Shown here one piece after another: positions 55,890 through 64,000 of a DNA stretch of 64,000 bases. A program made the position numbers and the translations under genes. The stretch spans positions 1 through 64,000 of IMG/VR virus record IMGVR_UViG_3300032579_000010; one strand, written 5' to 3'. This stretch comes from a virus. Within the stretch, counting starts at the first letter, position 1. Each line of letters starts with the position of its first letter. Below the pieces are notes generated by a model. It was not told the origin of the DNA. It saw nothing but the letters and a program-made list of their open reading frames with translations, and ran no database searches.

Positions 55890-58800
55890 CTAGTTCACTG
55901 GCACTGCAAAACCAGAAAGCCACGTTGATGACTGGTTTGGCGTTACGTTTCCGCTTGTGTCAATCGTAACGTAGGTCATGTTGGCGGTTCCGTACTGCTG
56001 TGCAACATAAGTCGCTTGGTATGCTGGGCGGTATCCAGAAGGCAGGGTAAAGGCGGTCTGACCGGCTGTTCCACCAGAAATAGCGCCAACCATGTAAACA
56101 ACGTTGTTTATCCGCCTATAGTAAACCGAGTCACCGCTGACCGCCGAGAAGCCATTGCTGAACGAAGTAACCTGAATCCAGCCCGTATCGCCCAAGGAAA
56201 CGCCATTGTGCGTACCAGCGACATTGAGGTTTCCGCTGTCGTCAAGCGAGAAAATGGTGGTGTTGTAGGCGTTATTGACGATTTCCAGCCCACCGTTATT
56301 GTTCATACGGATTGACTTTTGAGGGTTGGAAGCACCTGAGTTTGTGTTCGTCAAGGTCATTAGACCTGCGTAGTTAGAACCACCGTGACCGTTGGATGAC
56401 TGAATCGTCAGTGGGTCGGTATTGGTTGTGGTGGAAATGGCTAGGTCAAGAGGCGCTGTAGGCGTTGCACCTTGGCTTCCTTGCGAACCCTGAAAGCCTT
56501 GGGCACCCTGAGCGCCGATAGTGGCGTAGGTTAAGGCAGTTCCACTTGAGTTGACTACCAGAGCCTGACCTTGCGTACCAAGGGTCGTTAAACCAGTTCC
56601 ACCGTGGGCGATTGGCAACGTGTTCACAAGGTCATCAGCGTCAGCCGACGTAATCATGTACCAGTTTCCACCATTGTAGTTAATGAACTGGTACGCTCCA
56701 TTAACGGGAACTGTGTATGACGTTACGGGCGAAGAAGAGCCAATGTCGTACATAGCATTACTGGTGAATCCAAGATTGACCGTTACGGAGGCACGGTTAA
56801 TAACACGCCACGTTGCGTTTGCTGTGGCTGGTGGCGCAGTAATGGTCTGACCAGAAGTTGAGCCAGTAAAGAGGGTGGCTTCGTTAACATTTGCGGTTGC
56901 TGATGATGAACGTAAGGTTACAACCTGCGAACCAGCATTTCCTTGGTAGCCCTGATACCCCTGATTTCCTTGTGTGCCTTGGCTTCCAGCGACACCTTGG
57001 TGACCCTGTGTTCCTTGGTAACCTTGCGTACCCTGAGCGCCTGTGTAACCTTGCGTTCCGTTAGCACCTTGGTTCCCTTGCGTACCAGTTGAGCCTTGTG
57101 CTCCTACAGAGCCTTGAGCGCCAGTAGCACCCTGCGCACCTTGAGCACCCTGCGCTCCGTCAGCACCGCTAGTGCCTTGGTAGCCCTGTGCTCCTTGAGA
57201 GCCAGTAGCACCCTGCGGACCAGTATCACCACGGAAACCAGTCGTTCCCTGTGCGCCCTGAACACCAGTCGGTCCTTGTGAACCTGTCGTGCCTTGTACG
57301 CCCTGTGAACCTTGTGAGCCTTGTGACCCAGTGATTCCTTGGGTTCCCTGAACCCCCTGCGTTCCTTGTACGCCTTGGGTACCCTGTGAACCTTGGTAAC
57401 CTTGCGTACCTTGTACGCCGGGGATTCCACTTAGGTTGATGTTCCAAGAACTGACGGGGTTGCTGTAGGGCGAAACCTGCGTCGCTTTCAACTCAAGGGT
57501 GCCGTCGCTTGACGTGTAGCCAATGACGGATGCGGTCATAAAGATTGTTGCGTCAGAACTGTCGCAAATGACAACCGATTCGCCGTTTGTGTATGAAAGG
57601 TTTTCACCAACCGTGATTACAAATACGTCATTGAGCGAAATGGTCGAGAGGGTCAGCGTGTTGGTCGAAGTGGTCTGATAAACAGCACCTTGGTAGCCTT
57701 GGACACCTTGTGTTCCCTGAACGCCTTGGTAGCCTTGCGAGCCTTGATACCCCTGCGCACCTTGTACGCCCTGAACTCCTTGTGAGCCTTGGGTTCCGAT
57801 TCCACCTTGGGCACCCTGAGCACCTTGTAGTGCGGTAGCAGGAGTTGTTTCGTCCAGCCAGAGAACTGATGTGTCGCTCGGCGGCACTCCGTCGTCTGAA
57901 TCGTAGATACCACGGTCACCGATTTCACCTTGGTAACCTTGCGTCCCCTGATAACCCTGATAACCCTGAGGTCCAATAATGTTCGCAACGGCGACCCACA
58001 CCATTGTGTTGATTTCCCAGACGTAGAGTTGCCCCTGAACAACGTATGAGTTGCTTTGGTCAACTGGTCCGGTTGGAAAGGCGGCTTCTAGGTCAGCGAG
58101 TGTGTCGTATTCACCTTGAATGTTGGTGGCTTGACCAGCCGTTCCCTGATAACCCTGATTACCTTGGTAACCCTGCGAGCCAGTAGAGCCTTGTGGTCCT
58201 TGATACCCTTGAGCACCAGTCTGACCTTGGTTGCCTTGATAACCTTGATAGCCCTGATTTCCTTGAAATCCCTGAACACCTTGGTTGCCTTGATAACCTT
58301 GATATCCTTGATTTCCTTGAAATCCCTGAACACCTTGAGAACCTTGTACGCCTTGATTTCCCTGCGTACCTTGGAATCCTTGATTACCTTGGCTACCTGT
58401 TGCACCCTGACTTCCTTGTGAACCAGTGGTACCTTGAGCACCTTGGTACCCCTGAGCGCCCTGTGCTCCCGTCGAACCTTGCGAGCCTTGGCTACCAGTA
58501 GAACCTTGGAACCCTTGGTTGCCTTGGAACCCTTGATTTCCTTTCGAGCCTTGTACGCCTTGGCTACCCTGAGAGCCTTGCTGACCCTGATAACCCTGAA
58601 AACCCTGCGGACCAACGGCACCGTCAAGGTTTACCGTCCAAGACGAACCCGATGGTGAACCAATAATGTCGTCAGAGGAGGCGATGTTATAAGTCAGTGA
58701 GCCAGTTGAAGGGTTGTACGAAAGAACGGTGGCGTTGAAGTAGTTGTTTGAGTCAACGGCGACAACAATCGTTTGTGGTGATGAGTAGGCAAGACCAGTG

Positions 58801-60938
58801 CCGACAACGAGTGACGAGTTTCCAACAGTGACACTCGGAATGTTTGTTGTACTTGACGTTGAGTAAACATCACCAGCAATACCTTGATAACCCTGCGTTC
58901 CTTGATAACCCTGATTACCTTGTGGTCCGTAACCACCTGTGGAACCAGTGACACCTTGATACCCTTGGTGACCTTGCGTACCTTGGTTTCCTTGATAGCC
59001 TTGCGGTCCTTGTGAACCTGTAGAACCCTGTGAACCTGTAGAACCCTGCGCACCTGTCGAACCTTGGGTACCTTGATTACCTGTTACACCAATAACACCT
59101 TGGGTACCTTGGTAACCTTGAAAACCTTGGTATCCCTGCGCACCCTGCGAGCCAGTTGCACCAGTTGAGCCTTGTACACCTTGGGTACCTTGTACGCCCT
59201 GTGTTCCTTGATAGCCCTGAAAACCTTGATTTCCTTGCGAACCTGTAGCACCAGTTGTTCCTTGTGCACCTGTTACACCCTGACTACCTTGGTAGCCTTG
59301 AGCACCTTGCGACCCAGTAGCGCCTTGAACGCCTTGCGAACCAGTCGAACCTTGACTTCCCTGTACGCCTGTGGCACCTTGTGAACCCGTGGAACCTTGG
59401 TATCCCTGTACGCCTTGATTCCCCTGAGTGCCTTGTGCGCCAGTTAGACCCTGAACACCTTGATTGCCTTGAACACCTTGTGTGCCTTGGTATCCCTGCG
59501 GCCCGGTAGCACCAGTAGCGCCCTGATTTCCTTGGGTACCTTGGTAACCAGTTGAACCCTGCGGTCCGGTAGCACCTTGGCTACCTTGTGAGCCTTGAAC
59601 ACCAGTTTGTCCTTGCGCACCAGTTTGTCCTTGGTACCCTTGGTTGCCTTGTGCCCCAGTGGAACCCTGAGCGCCTGTTACGCCTTGAGCACCTGTGGCT
59701 CCTTGGACACCCTGATTACCTTGCGGTCCAGTTGAGCCTGTTGTTCCTTGATAGCCTTGTGCGCCCTGCTGTCCGGTGTCACCCTTGACACCTTGATAGC
59801 CCTGAAATCCCTGCGTACCTTGCAGACCAGTTGCACCTTGAACACCCTGCGCACCAGTGACACCGATTACACCTTGAGTACCTTGTGGCCCTTGCGCTCC
59901 TGTAACACCAGTCGCACCTTGGTAACCTTGCGCTCCTGTAACACCAGTTACACCTTGATAGCCTTGGCTACCTTGTACACCTTGTAAGCCTTGAGAACCA
60001 GTTGAACCTTGAGCACCCTGTGGTCCGGTAGCACCCGTTAGACCAGTCGTGCCTTGCGTTCCTTGCGGACCAGTTGCTCCCGTCGAGCCTTGGTAACCCT
60101 GATTTCCTTGGGAACCAGTGGCACCTGTAGAGCCTTGTACGCCCTGCGTACCTTGATACCCTTGGCTTCCCTGAGCGCCTGTACTTCCTTGCGCTCCTGT
60201 ACTTCCCTGAGCACCCGTTACACCTTGGTAACCCTGATGACCCTGCGTTCCTTGCGCACCCGTGCTTCCCGTAGCGCCTTGTGCGCCAGTAACACCTTGC
60301 GGACCTTGTGTGCCCTGCGCACCAGTGGCTCCTGTACTACCTGTAGCGCCTTGCGAACCCTGTTGTCCAGTTGCGCCCGTCGAACCTTGAGTGCCTTGCA
60401 CTCCTTGGCTACCTTGAGCACCTTGAACACCCTGATACCCACGAGCACCTGCGGCACTCCAAGCCAACGAGCCGTCTGACTGTATGGTGAGGACTTCGCC
60501 CTGCGTACCGACACCGAGACGAGATAGTTCGTTTTCACCACTACCGACGAGTAAGTCGCCAGATGCTTGGATTTGTCCAATGGTATTGGCAACCGCTTTG
60601 TTGGCTTCAGCAAAGTCAATGGCAGTCGAAACTGGTGCGACAACGGCGTTGACGGGGTGGGTAAGGGCAAGTGTGCCGTCAGCACCACGTTGAACGCCAG
60701 TGAGGGTAACGGTGAGGGCTGTCCAGTTGTATGAACCAGCCGGTACATAAATCTTTTCCTCGTTTTCAGTACCAATACTGATGTCAAGGAAGAAGCCACC
60801 GCCTACGCCCAGCCCAGCCCAGCCACCAGTGGTGTTGGTGAGGACTACTGTGGTCGAGGTGTTGTCAAGGGCGTCATACAGAAATGCGTTTGGTGCGGCA
60901 CCAACGTAACTATTCTGTGTGTAAGAAGCCCTTGCCAT
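55890..60938 (-). CDS. 1682-aa collagen-like fibre with C-terminal receptor-binding-type head domain
   Basis: N-terminal RGADGT.A..H anchor domain, long GXQ runs, C-terminal DTGW...YRRINNVVY...FTLPSGYRP. Confidence 0.85.
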   Translation of the reverse strand: MARASYTQNSYVGAAPNAFLYDALDNTSTTVVLTNTTGGWAGLGVGGGFFLDISIGTENEEKIYVPAGSYNWTALTVTLTGVQRGADGTLALTHPVNAVVAPVSTAIDFAEANKAVANTIGQIQASGDLLVGSGENELSRLGVGTQGEVLTIQSDGSLAWSAAGARGYQGVQGAQGSQGVQGTQGSTGATGQQGSQGATGSTGATGAQGTQGPQGVTGAQGATGSTGAQGTQGHQGYQGVTGAQGSTGAQGSTGAQGSQGYQGTQGVQGSTGATGSQGNQGYQGSTGATGPQGTQGTTGLTGATGPQGAQGSTGSQGLQGVQGSQGYQGVTGVTGAQGYQGATGVTGAQGPQGTQGVIGVTGAQGVQGATGLQGTQGFQGYQGVKGDTGQQGAQGYQGTTGSTGPQGNQGVQGATGAQGVTGAQGSTGAQGNQGYQGQTGAQGQTGVQGSQGSQGATGPQGSTGYQGTQGNQGATGATGPQGYQGTQGVQGNQGVQGLTGAQGTQGNQGVQGYQGSTGSQGATGVQGSQGSTGSQGVQGATGSQGAQGYQGSQGVTGAQGTTGATGSQGNQGFQGYQGTQGVQGTQGVQGSTGATGSQGAQGYQGFQGYQGTQGVIGVTGNQGTQGSTGAQGSTGSQGSTGSQGPQGYQGNQGTQGHQGYQGVTGSTGGYGPQGNQGYQGTQGYQGIAGDVYSTSSTTNIPSVTVGNSSLVVGTGLAYSSPQTIVVAVDSNNYFNATVLSYNPSTGSLTYNIASSDDIIGSPSGSSWTVNLDGAVGPQGFQGYQGQQGSQGSQGVQGSKGNQGFQGNQGFQGSTGSQGSQGSTGAQGAQGYQGAQGTTGSQGSQGATGSQGNQGFQGTQGNQGVQGSQGVQGFQGNQGYQGYQGNQGVQGFQGNQGYQGYQGNQGQTGAQGYQGPQGSTGSQGYQGNQGYQGTAGQATNIQGEYDTLADLEAAFPTGPVDQSNSYVVQGQLYVWEINTMVWVAVANIIGPQGYQGYQGTQGYQGEIGDRGIYDSDDGVPPSDTSVLWLDETTPATALQGAQGAQGGIGTQGSQGVQGVQGAQGYQGSQGYQGVQGTQGVQGYQGAVYQTTSTNTLTLSTISLNDVFVITVGENLSYTNGESVVICDSSDATIFMTASVIGYTSSDGTLELKATQVSPYSNPVSSWNINLSGIPGVQGTQGYQGSQGTQGVQGTQGVQGTQGITGSQGSQGSQGVQGTTGSQGPTGVQGAQGTTGFRGDTGPQGATGSQGAQGYQGTSGADGAQGAQGAQGATGAQGSVGAQGSTGTQGNQGANGTQGYTGAQGTQGYQGTQGHQGVAGSQGTQGNQGYQGYQGNAGSQVVTLRSSSATANVNEATLFTGSTSGQTITAPPATANATWRVINRASVTVNLGFTSNAMYDIGSSSPVTSYTVPVNGAYQFINYNGGNWYMITSADADDLVNTLPIAHGGTGLTTLGTQGQALVVNSSGTALTYATIGAQGAQGFQGSQGSQGATPTAPLDLAISTTTNTDPLTIQSSNGHGGSNYAGLMTLTNTNSGASNPQKSIRMNNNGGLEIVNNAYNTTIFSLDDSGNLNVAGTHNGVSLGDTGWIQVTSFSNGFSAVSGDSVYYRRINNVVYMVGAISGGTAGQTAFTLPSGYRPAYQATYVAQQYGTANMTYVTIDTSGNVTPNQSSTWLSGFAVPVN
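58872..60449 (-). repeat. Uninterrupted Gly-X-Y run (~175 triplets)
   Basis: Translation GARGYQG...GYQGIAG with no break in Gly periodicity. Confidence 0.9.
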
Positions 60939-61013
60939 TATTCCACCACTTCACGACTAGGTTTAGACGATGGCGCTAGTCTGAAGCAATCTTACCCCAG
61001 CCTTTGATTTTCT

Positions 61014-62273
61014 CTAAGCCCCTAACTGACCGCCAAATCGCTCTGAGTCGTCCTTAATGGCAATCAGATTGGCGCAAACATAGGGAATCTGATGGGTCTG
61101 GTGCCAAGGGCTTGGATAGAACGTCATCATACGGCTCTTTTGGAAATCAGTCTTGATTTCGGGAACGTACTTGCGGTAGTTAGCGTCAATCCAGTACCAA
61201 AAACTGTTTTCGTTATAGAAAGCGTTGTGGGTTGGGTCTTGGTAAGCGCCTCGCCCGTCAGTACTAGGGGTGAGTGTGAGCAACATTCCACCTTGAGCCA
61301 AGACTCGGTACATTTCGTTCCACAGGCAAACTTTGTCAGGAATGTGCTCTAGGAAGTCAGCAGCACGGATTACACCAACCGTGCCGTCCTCCATGTCGCC
61401 CAAAACGTTGAAAATGTCGCCAACTAGGTCGGCTGGCTCGTGCATATCCACCGACAAGAAGCCGGGCGCTGGGTTGTGCGCCGCACCGAGGTCAAGTGCT
61501 AGCAAGTTGTTGTCTTTTGCCCATTTCACTGACATTTCCATGATGTTGCGGTCATAGATTTCGACAGTCTTTTGTTGTATTTCGTTGTTTAGTTCCTGCT
61601 GAGCCTGACTCTGCTCGCTGTGGAGGCGCTGTAGGTACAACTTCTTTTGAATGTGGTGAAACTTTGTAACCTTGTAGAAGCGCACCATAATGTCAGCGTC
61701 GTCGCAAATGCGTAGAGACTTGTTGTATCCGCCGATTTTCTTGTACGTTGCAGCACGAAAGGCTCGCAAGTGGTTCGGAGCAAACCAAATGTAGGCGACG
61801 TGGTGGGGGTGTGGTGACTTTCCTTCACAAACGTGGTGTCCGTCCTCGTCGTCGTAGTAAGACCAGCCGTAAGAACGGTCAAACTCACGCTTGCTGGGGT
61901 TGCCTTGCTCGTCTATTTCAGCAAAGTCTGAATAAACAAATCCGACCTCTGCGTCTGCGTCAAATGCCTTTTGCACTTCCTCTAGCGCCGTCGGCATCAA
62001 AAGGTCGTCATGGTCAAGTTCGATAAGGATTTCACCACTACAAAGGGCGACTGCCTCGTTCTTAAGGGTGCCGATAACGGGCTTTGACTTTGTGGTGTGG
62101 ACTTTGACACGCTCGTCGTCTTGGTCGTACCAATCGTTTTCGCCTTCGAGGGCGTTACCGTTCAGTAACACCACCCATTCCCAGTCGGTAACAGTCTGGG
62201 CAACAAGGCTTTCGTAGCAGGTTCGTAACCATTTGGTGTTGTGACTTGGTGTGAAGATAGATAACATTTCCAT
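61014..62273 (-). CDS. GT2-family glycosyltransferase fused to a SAM-methyltransferase-like domain
   Basis: LSIFTPSHN, ELDHDD (DxD), CDDAD; C-terminal LDLGA, DFLEH, DPTH. Confidence 0.8.
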   Translation of the reverse strand: MEMLSIFTPSHNTKWLRTCYESLVAQTVTDWEWVVLLNGNALEGENDWYDQDDERVKVHTTKSKPVIGTLKNEAVALCSGEILIELDHDDLLMPTALEEVQKAFDADAEVGFVYSDFAEIDEQGNPSKREFDRSYGWSYYDDEDGHHVCEGKSPHPHHVAYIWFAPNHLRAFRAATYKKIGGYNKSLRICDDADIMVRFYKVTKFHHIQKKLYLQRLHSEQSQAQQELNNEIQQKTVEIYDRNIMEMSVKWAKDNNLLALDLGAAHNPAPGFLSVDMHEPADLVGDIFNVLGDMEDGTVGVIRAADFLEHIPDKVCLWNEMYRVLAQGGMLLTLTPSTDGRGAYQDPTHNAFYNENSFWYWIDANYRKYVPEIKTDFQKSRMMTFYPSPWHQTHQIPYVCANLIAIKDDSERFGGQLGA

Positions 62274-62306
62274 ACCCTACATCATTTCAGTAACACTCGT
62301 TGGGTT

Positions 62307-63998
62307 TTAGAACTCGATTGAGATTGAGGCGTTGCCACCACCGCCCACTGAACCTAGCCAATAAACGTAACTGTAAGGACCGATTGTTCCCGTGTAGGCA
62401 GGAGGCGTTCCGCCAATGGTGGGTGTTAATGAGTAGGCAGAAGTCAGCCAGTATAGCAATACAACGCCACCAGAGCCAGACCAGCCATAGCCATAAGTTG
62501 AACCGGGGCCACCAGCACCGGTGCCGTTTCCACCAGTCCCATTGGCACCTGAGGTGTTGGAACCCGGCCCGCCTTGTCCGGGATAAAAACCAAGAGAGTT
62601 AAGGGGCGAAGGGAGCCACGCAGTTGCGGACGATGCTGAAGCACCGCCATTACCGGGGACTGTGCTGGTCGTCTGCGGCGTTGAACTTCCGCCAGCACCG
62701 CCTGTTCCACCGCCACCGCCACCGGCGTACTTTGAGCCAGCACCACCGGCGTAACCTTGCGGTGAACCGCTGGCGCCACCTGAACCCTTGTAAGTTCCGA
62801 CTGACCCGCCACCAGCACCGCCGTTACCAGAATGAGCGTTGAACGTACTAGTTCCACCATTACCGCCAGTTGAACTGGTACTTGTAGTTCCAGTTCCGCC
62901 GTTCCCAACCAAACCTGAATAGTTGGTGCCAACTGTTGCGGTCATAGCAGCGTTGACATAGCCACCTGCGCCACCCCCCGTGTAAGCGCCTCCGCCTCCG
63001 CCTCCGCCTTGAACGTAGTAGTTGAGAGTAAAGGTAGAAGGTGGGGGTGGTGGGAGTGGTGGGGGTGGTGGGGGTGGTATGACAGGATTAGGTATTACTG
63101 AACTAGTTGAACTACTAAGCGCAGAGTTTCCAGCGCCGTTAGTTGCATAAACAGAAAAACTGTAAGAGGTTCCCTGAGAAAAGGTTTCAGTAATAGTCAG
63201 GGGACTGCTTGTTCCATTGACTATCGCACCAGTAACGTTGTCATGAACCGTGTAACTTGTCGGCGCTGAATAGTTTGTTACGTCCCCAACAGAGAATGAG
63301 ACTTGGACTTGAGTTGTGCTCACAACTGACGCTGAACCTATTGTGGGTGTCGCTGGCACGGTAAAGAACTGGTAAGTAGTGCTTGAAGCGCTTTGTGACG
63401 CTCCTGAGGCGTTATACGCATCAACTACAAACGAGTAGTACTGGTTTGCTGATGCCGAAAAGGTAAAGGAAGTCGAGTTGCTTCCTCCATAAGCAACTGT
63501 CGCATAGTTGTTGCCCAAAGTGTCCATGACGGAATAACCAGTCGGCGTATTTCCATTGGTGATTGTGCCCGGTGTCCAAGAAATAGCAACCGAAGCCGTA
63601 GCCGTCGAACCAGAAGAGGAAACGTGTGGAGAACTGTTGCCAGATATTGTTTGTGGGGTGAAGGCGGAGATGGTTGGAGACGATGGCGGATTGAAAGGTA
63701 TTACAGAGTTACTCACATTCTGAGCGCCCCAAATAGTTGCGTTTTCACCAGCACTGTTTTGAGAAACAACTGCGTAGTAGTAAGGGACATTTGGGGCGTA
63801 GACGAATGAACCGGGGTAAATAAACGCTGTGTTTGTACCAAACGCAACAGTGGTAACCAAGGAATAACTTGATGAACTCGTTCCACAGTAAACCAAGTAT
63901 TGCGTTGGTTGATTTTTAGACGTGGACGTAGGCGCTGTCCAAGAAACCGCTACTTCAGTAGTTGTAACAACAGAAGCATTTACCCCTGTTGGGTTGTT
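62307..63998 (-). CDS. FN3-repeat + polyproline + glycine-rich domain virion protein (5' partial)
   Basis: The frame stays open to the window edge. At least 3 FN3-like units, PPPPPPPLPPPPP, GGGGGG..GGGAGG glycine-rich tip. Confidence 0.8.
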   Translation of the reverse strand, partial: NNPTGVNASVVTTTEVAVSWTAPTSTSKNQPTQYLVYCGTSSSSYSLVTTVAFGTNTAFIYPGSFVYAPNVPYYYAVVSQNSAGENATIWGAQNVSNSVIPFNPPSSPTISAFTPQTISGNSSPHVSSSGSTATASVAISWTPGTITNGNTPTGYSVMDTLGNNYATVAYGGSNSTSFTFSASANQYYSFVVDAYNASGASQSASSTTYQFFTVPATPTIGSASVVSTTQVQVSFSVGDVTNYSAPTSYTVHDNVTGAIVNGTSSPLTITETFSQGTSYSFSVYATNGAGNSALSSSTSSVIPNPVIPPPPPPPLPPPPPSTFTLNYYVQGGGGGGGAYTGGGAGGYVNAAMTATVGTNYSGLVGNGGTGTTSTSSTGGNGGTSTFNAHSGNGGAGGGSVGTYKGSGGASGSPQGYAGGAGSKYAGGGGGGTGGAGGSSTPQTTSTVPGNGGASASSATAWLPSPLNSLGFYPGQGGPGSNTSGANGTGGNGTGAGGPGSTYGYGWSGSGGVVLLYWLTSAYSLTPTIGGTPPAYTGTIGPYSYVYWLGSVGGGGNASISIEF

Positions 63999-64000
63999 TG

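Larger units (their letters stand above)
1..64000. mobile_element. Segment of a tailed bacteriophage (Caudoviricetes, siphovirus-like) genome, probable actinobacterial host
   Basis: Dense phage gene order: neck, tail terminator, tail tube, frameshifted chaperone, tape measure, tail tip, plus a phage replication/recombination module. No host housekeeping genes. No integrase or att site visible. Confidence 0.95.

Noticed and set aside
45395-60449. Periodic repeats as a CRISPR array or satellite
   Set aside because: The period is 9 bp with synonymous variation and no unique spacers. It encodes Gly-X-Y.
44792-60799. Many alternative-frame and antisense ORFs over the collagen genes
   Set aside because: By-products of the 9-bp periodic, stop-poor repeats. 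They have no start signals and lie fully inside the real CDSs.
63040-63078. G-quadruplex-like GGTGGGGGTGG tract on the + strand
   Set aside because: Fully explained by polyproline codons on the minus strand.
1-64000. Stop-codon reassignment, diversity-generating retroelement, tRNA or integrase
   Set aside because: Standard code gives full-length, tightly packed genes. No reverse transcriptase, template/variable repeat pair, cloverleaf or recombinase was recognised by eye; tRNAscan and HMM searches were not run.

Overview
The whole window is part of a tailed dsDNA phage genome. No sheath gene is present, so it looks siphovirus-like. Leaderless TANNNT promoters and the gene families point to an actinobacterial host (inference). 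1-9.6 kb is a replication/recombination region: HARP-SNF2 helicase, RusA-like resolvase, proteasome-beta/HslV-like protease, permuted NlpC/P60, HNH, helicase loader, initiator with internal iterons (likely origin), Sak4-like ATPase and Gam-like protein. 9.6-38 kb (minus strand) holds neck, tail and tail-tip genes: two paralogous tail-tube proteins, a -1 frameshifted chaperone, a 939-aa tape measure and greatly expanded tail-tip proteins (3828, ~1650 and 577 aa). The most unusual part is 38-64 kb, an island upstream of the neck genes. It encodes two giant Gly-X-Gln collagen-like fibres, two FN3/polyproline proteins (one extensin-like, ending in a Hedgehog-like GG|CF Hint domain), a glycosyltransferase-methyltransferase fusion, five Fe(II)/2OG-type oxygenases and three CLP-motif (DUF6065-like) proteins. 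I read this as a candidate phage-encoded system that builds and post-translationally decorates a virion 'extracellular matrix'. Capsid, portal, terminase and a clear endolysin are not in the window. No tRNA, rRNA or CRISPR was seen. All family assignments come from motif recognition by eye, not from database searches.
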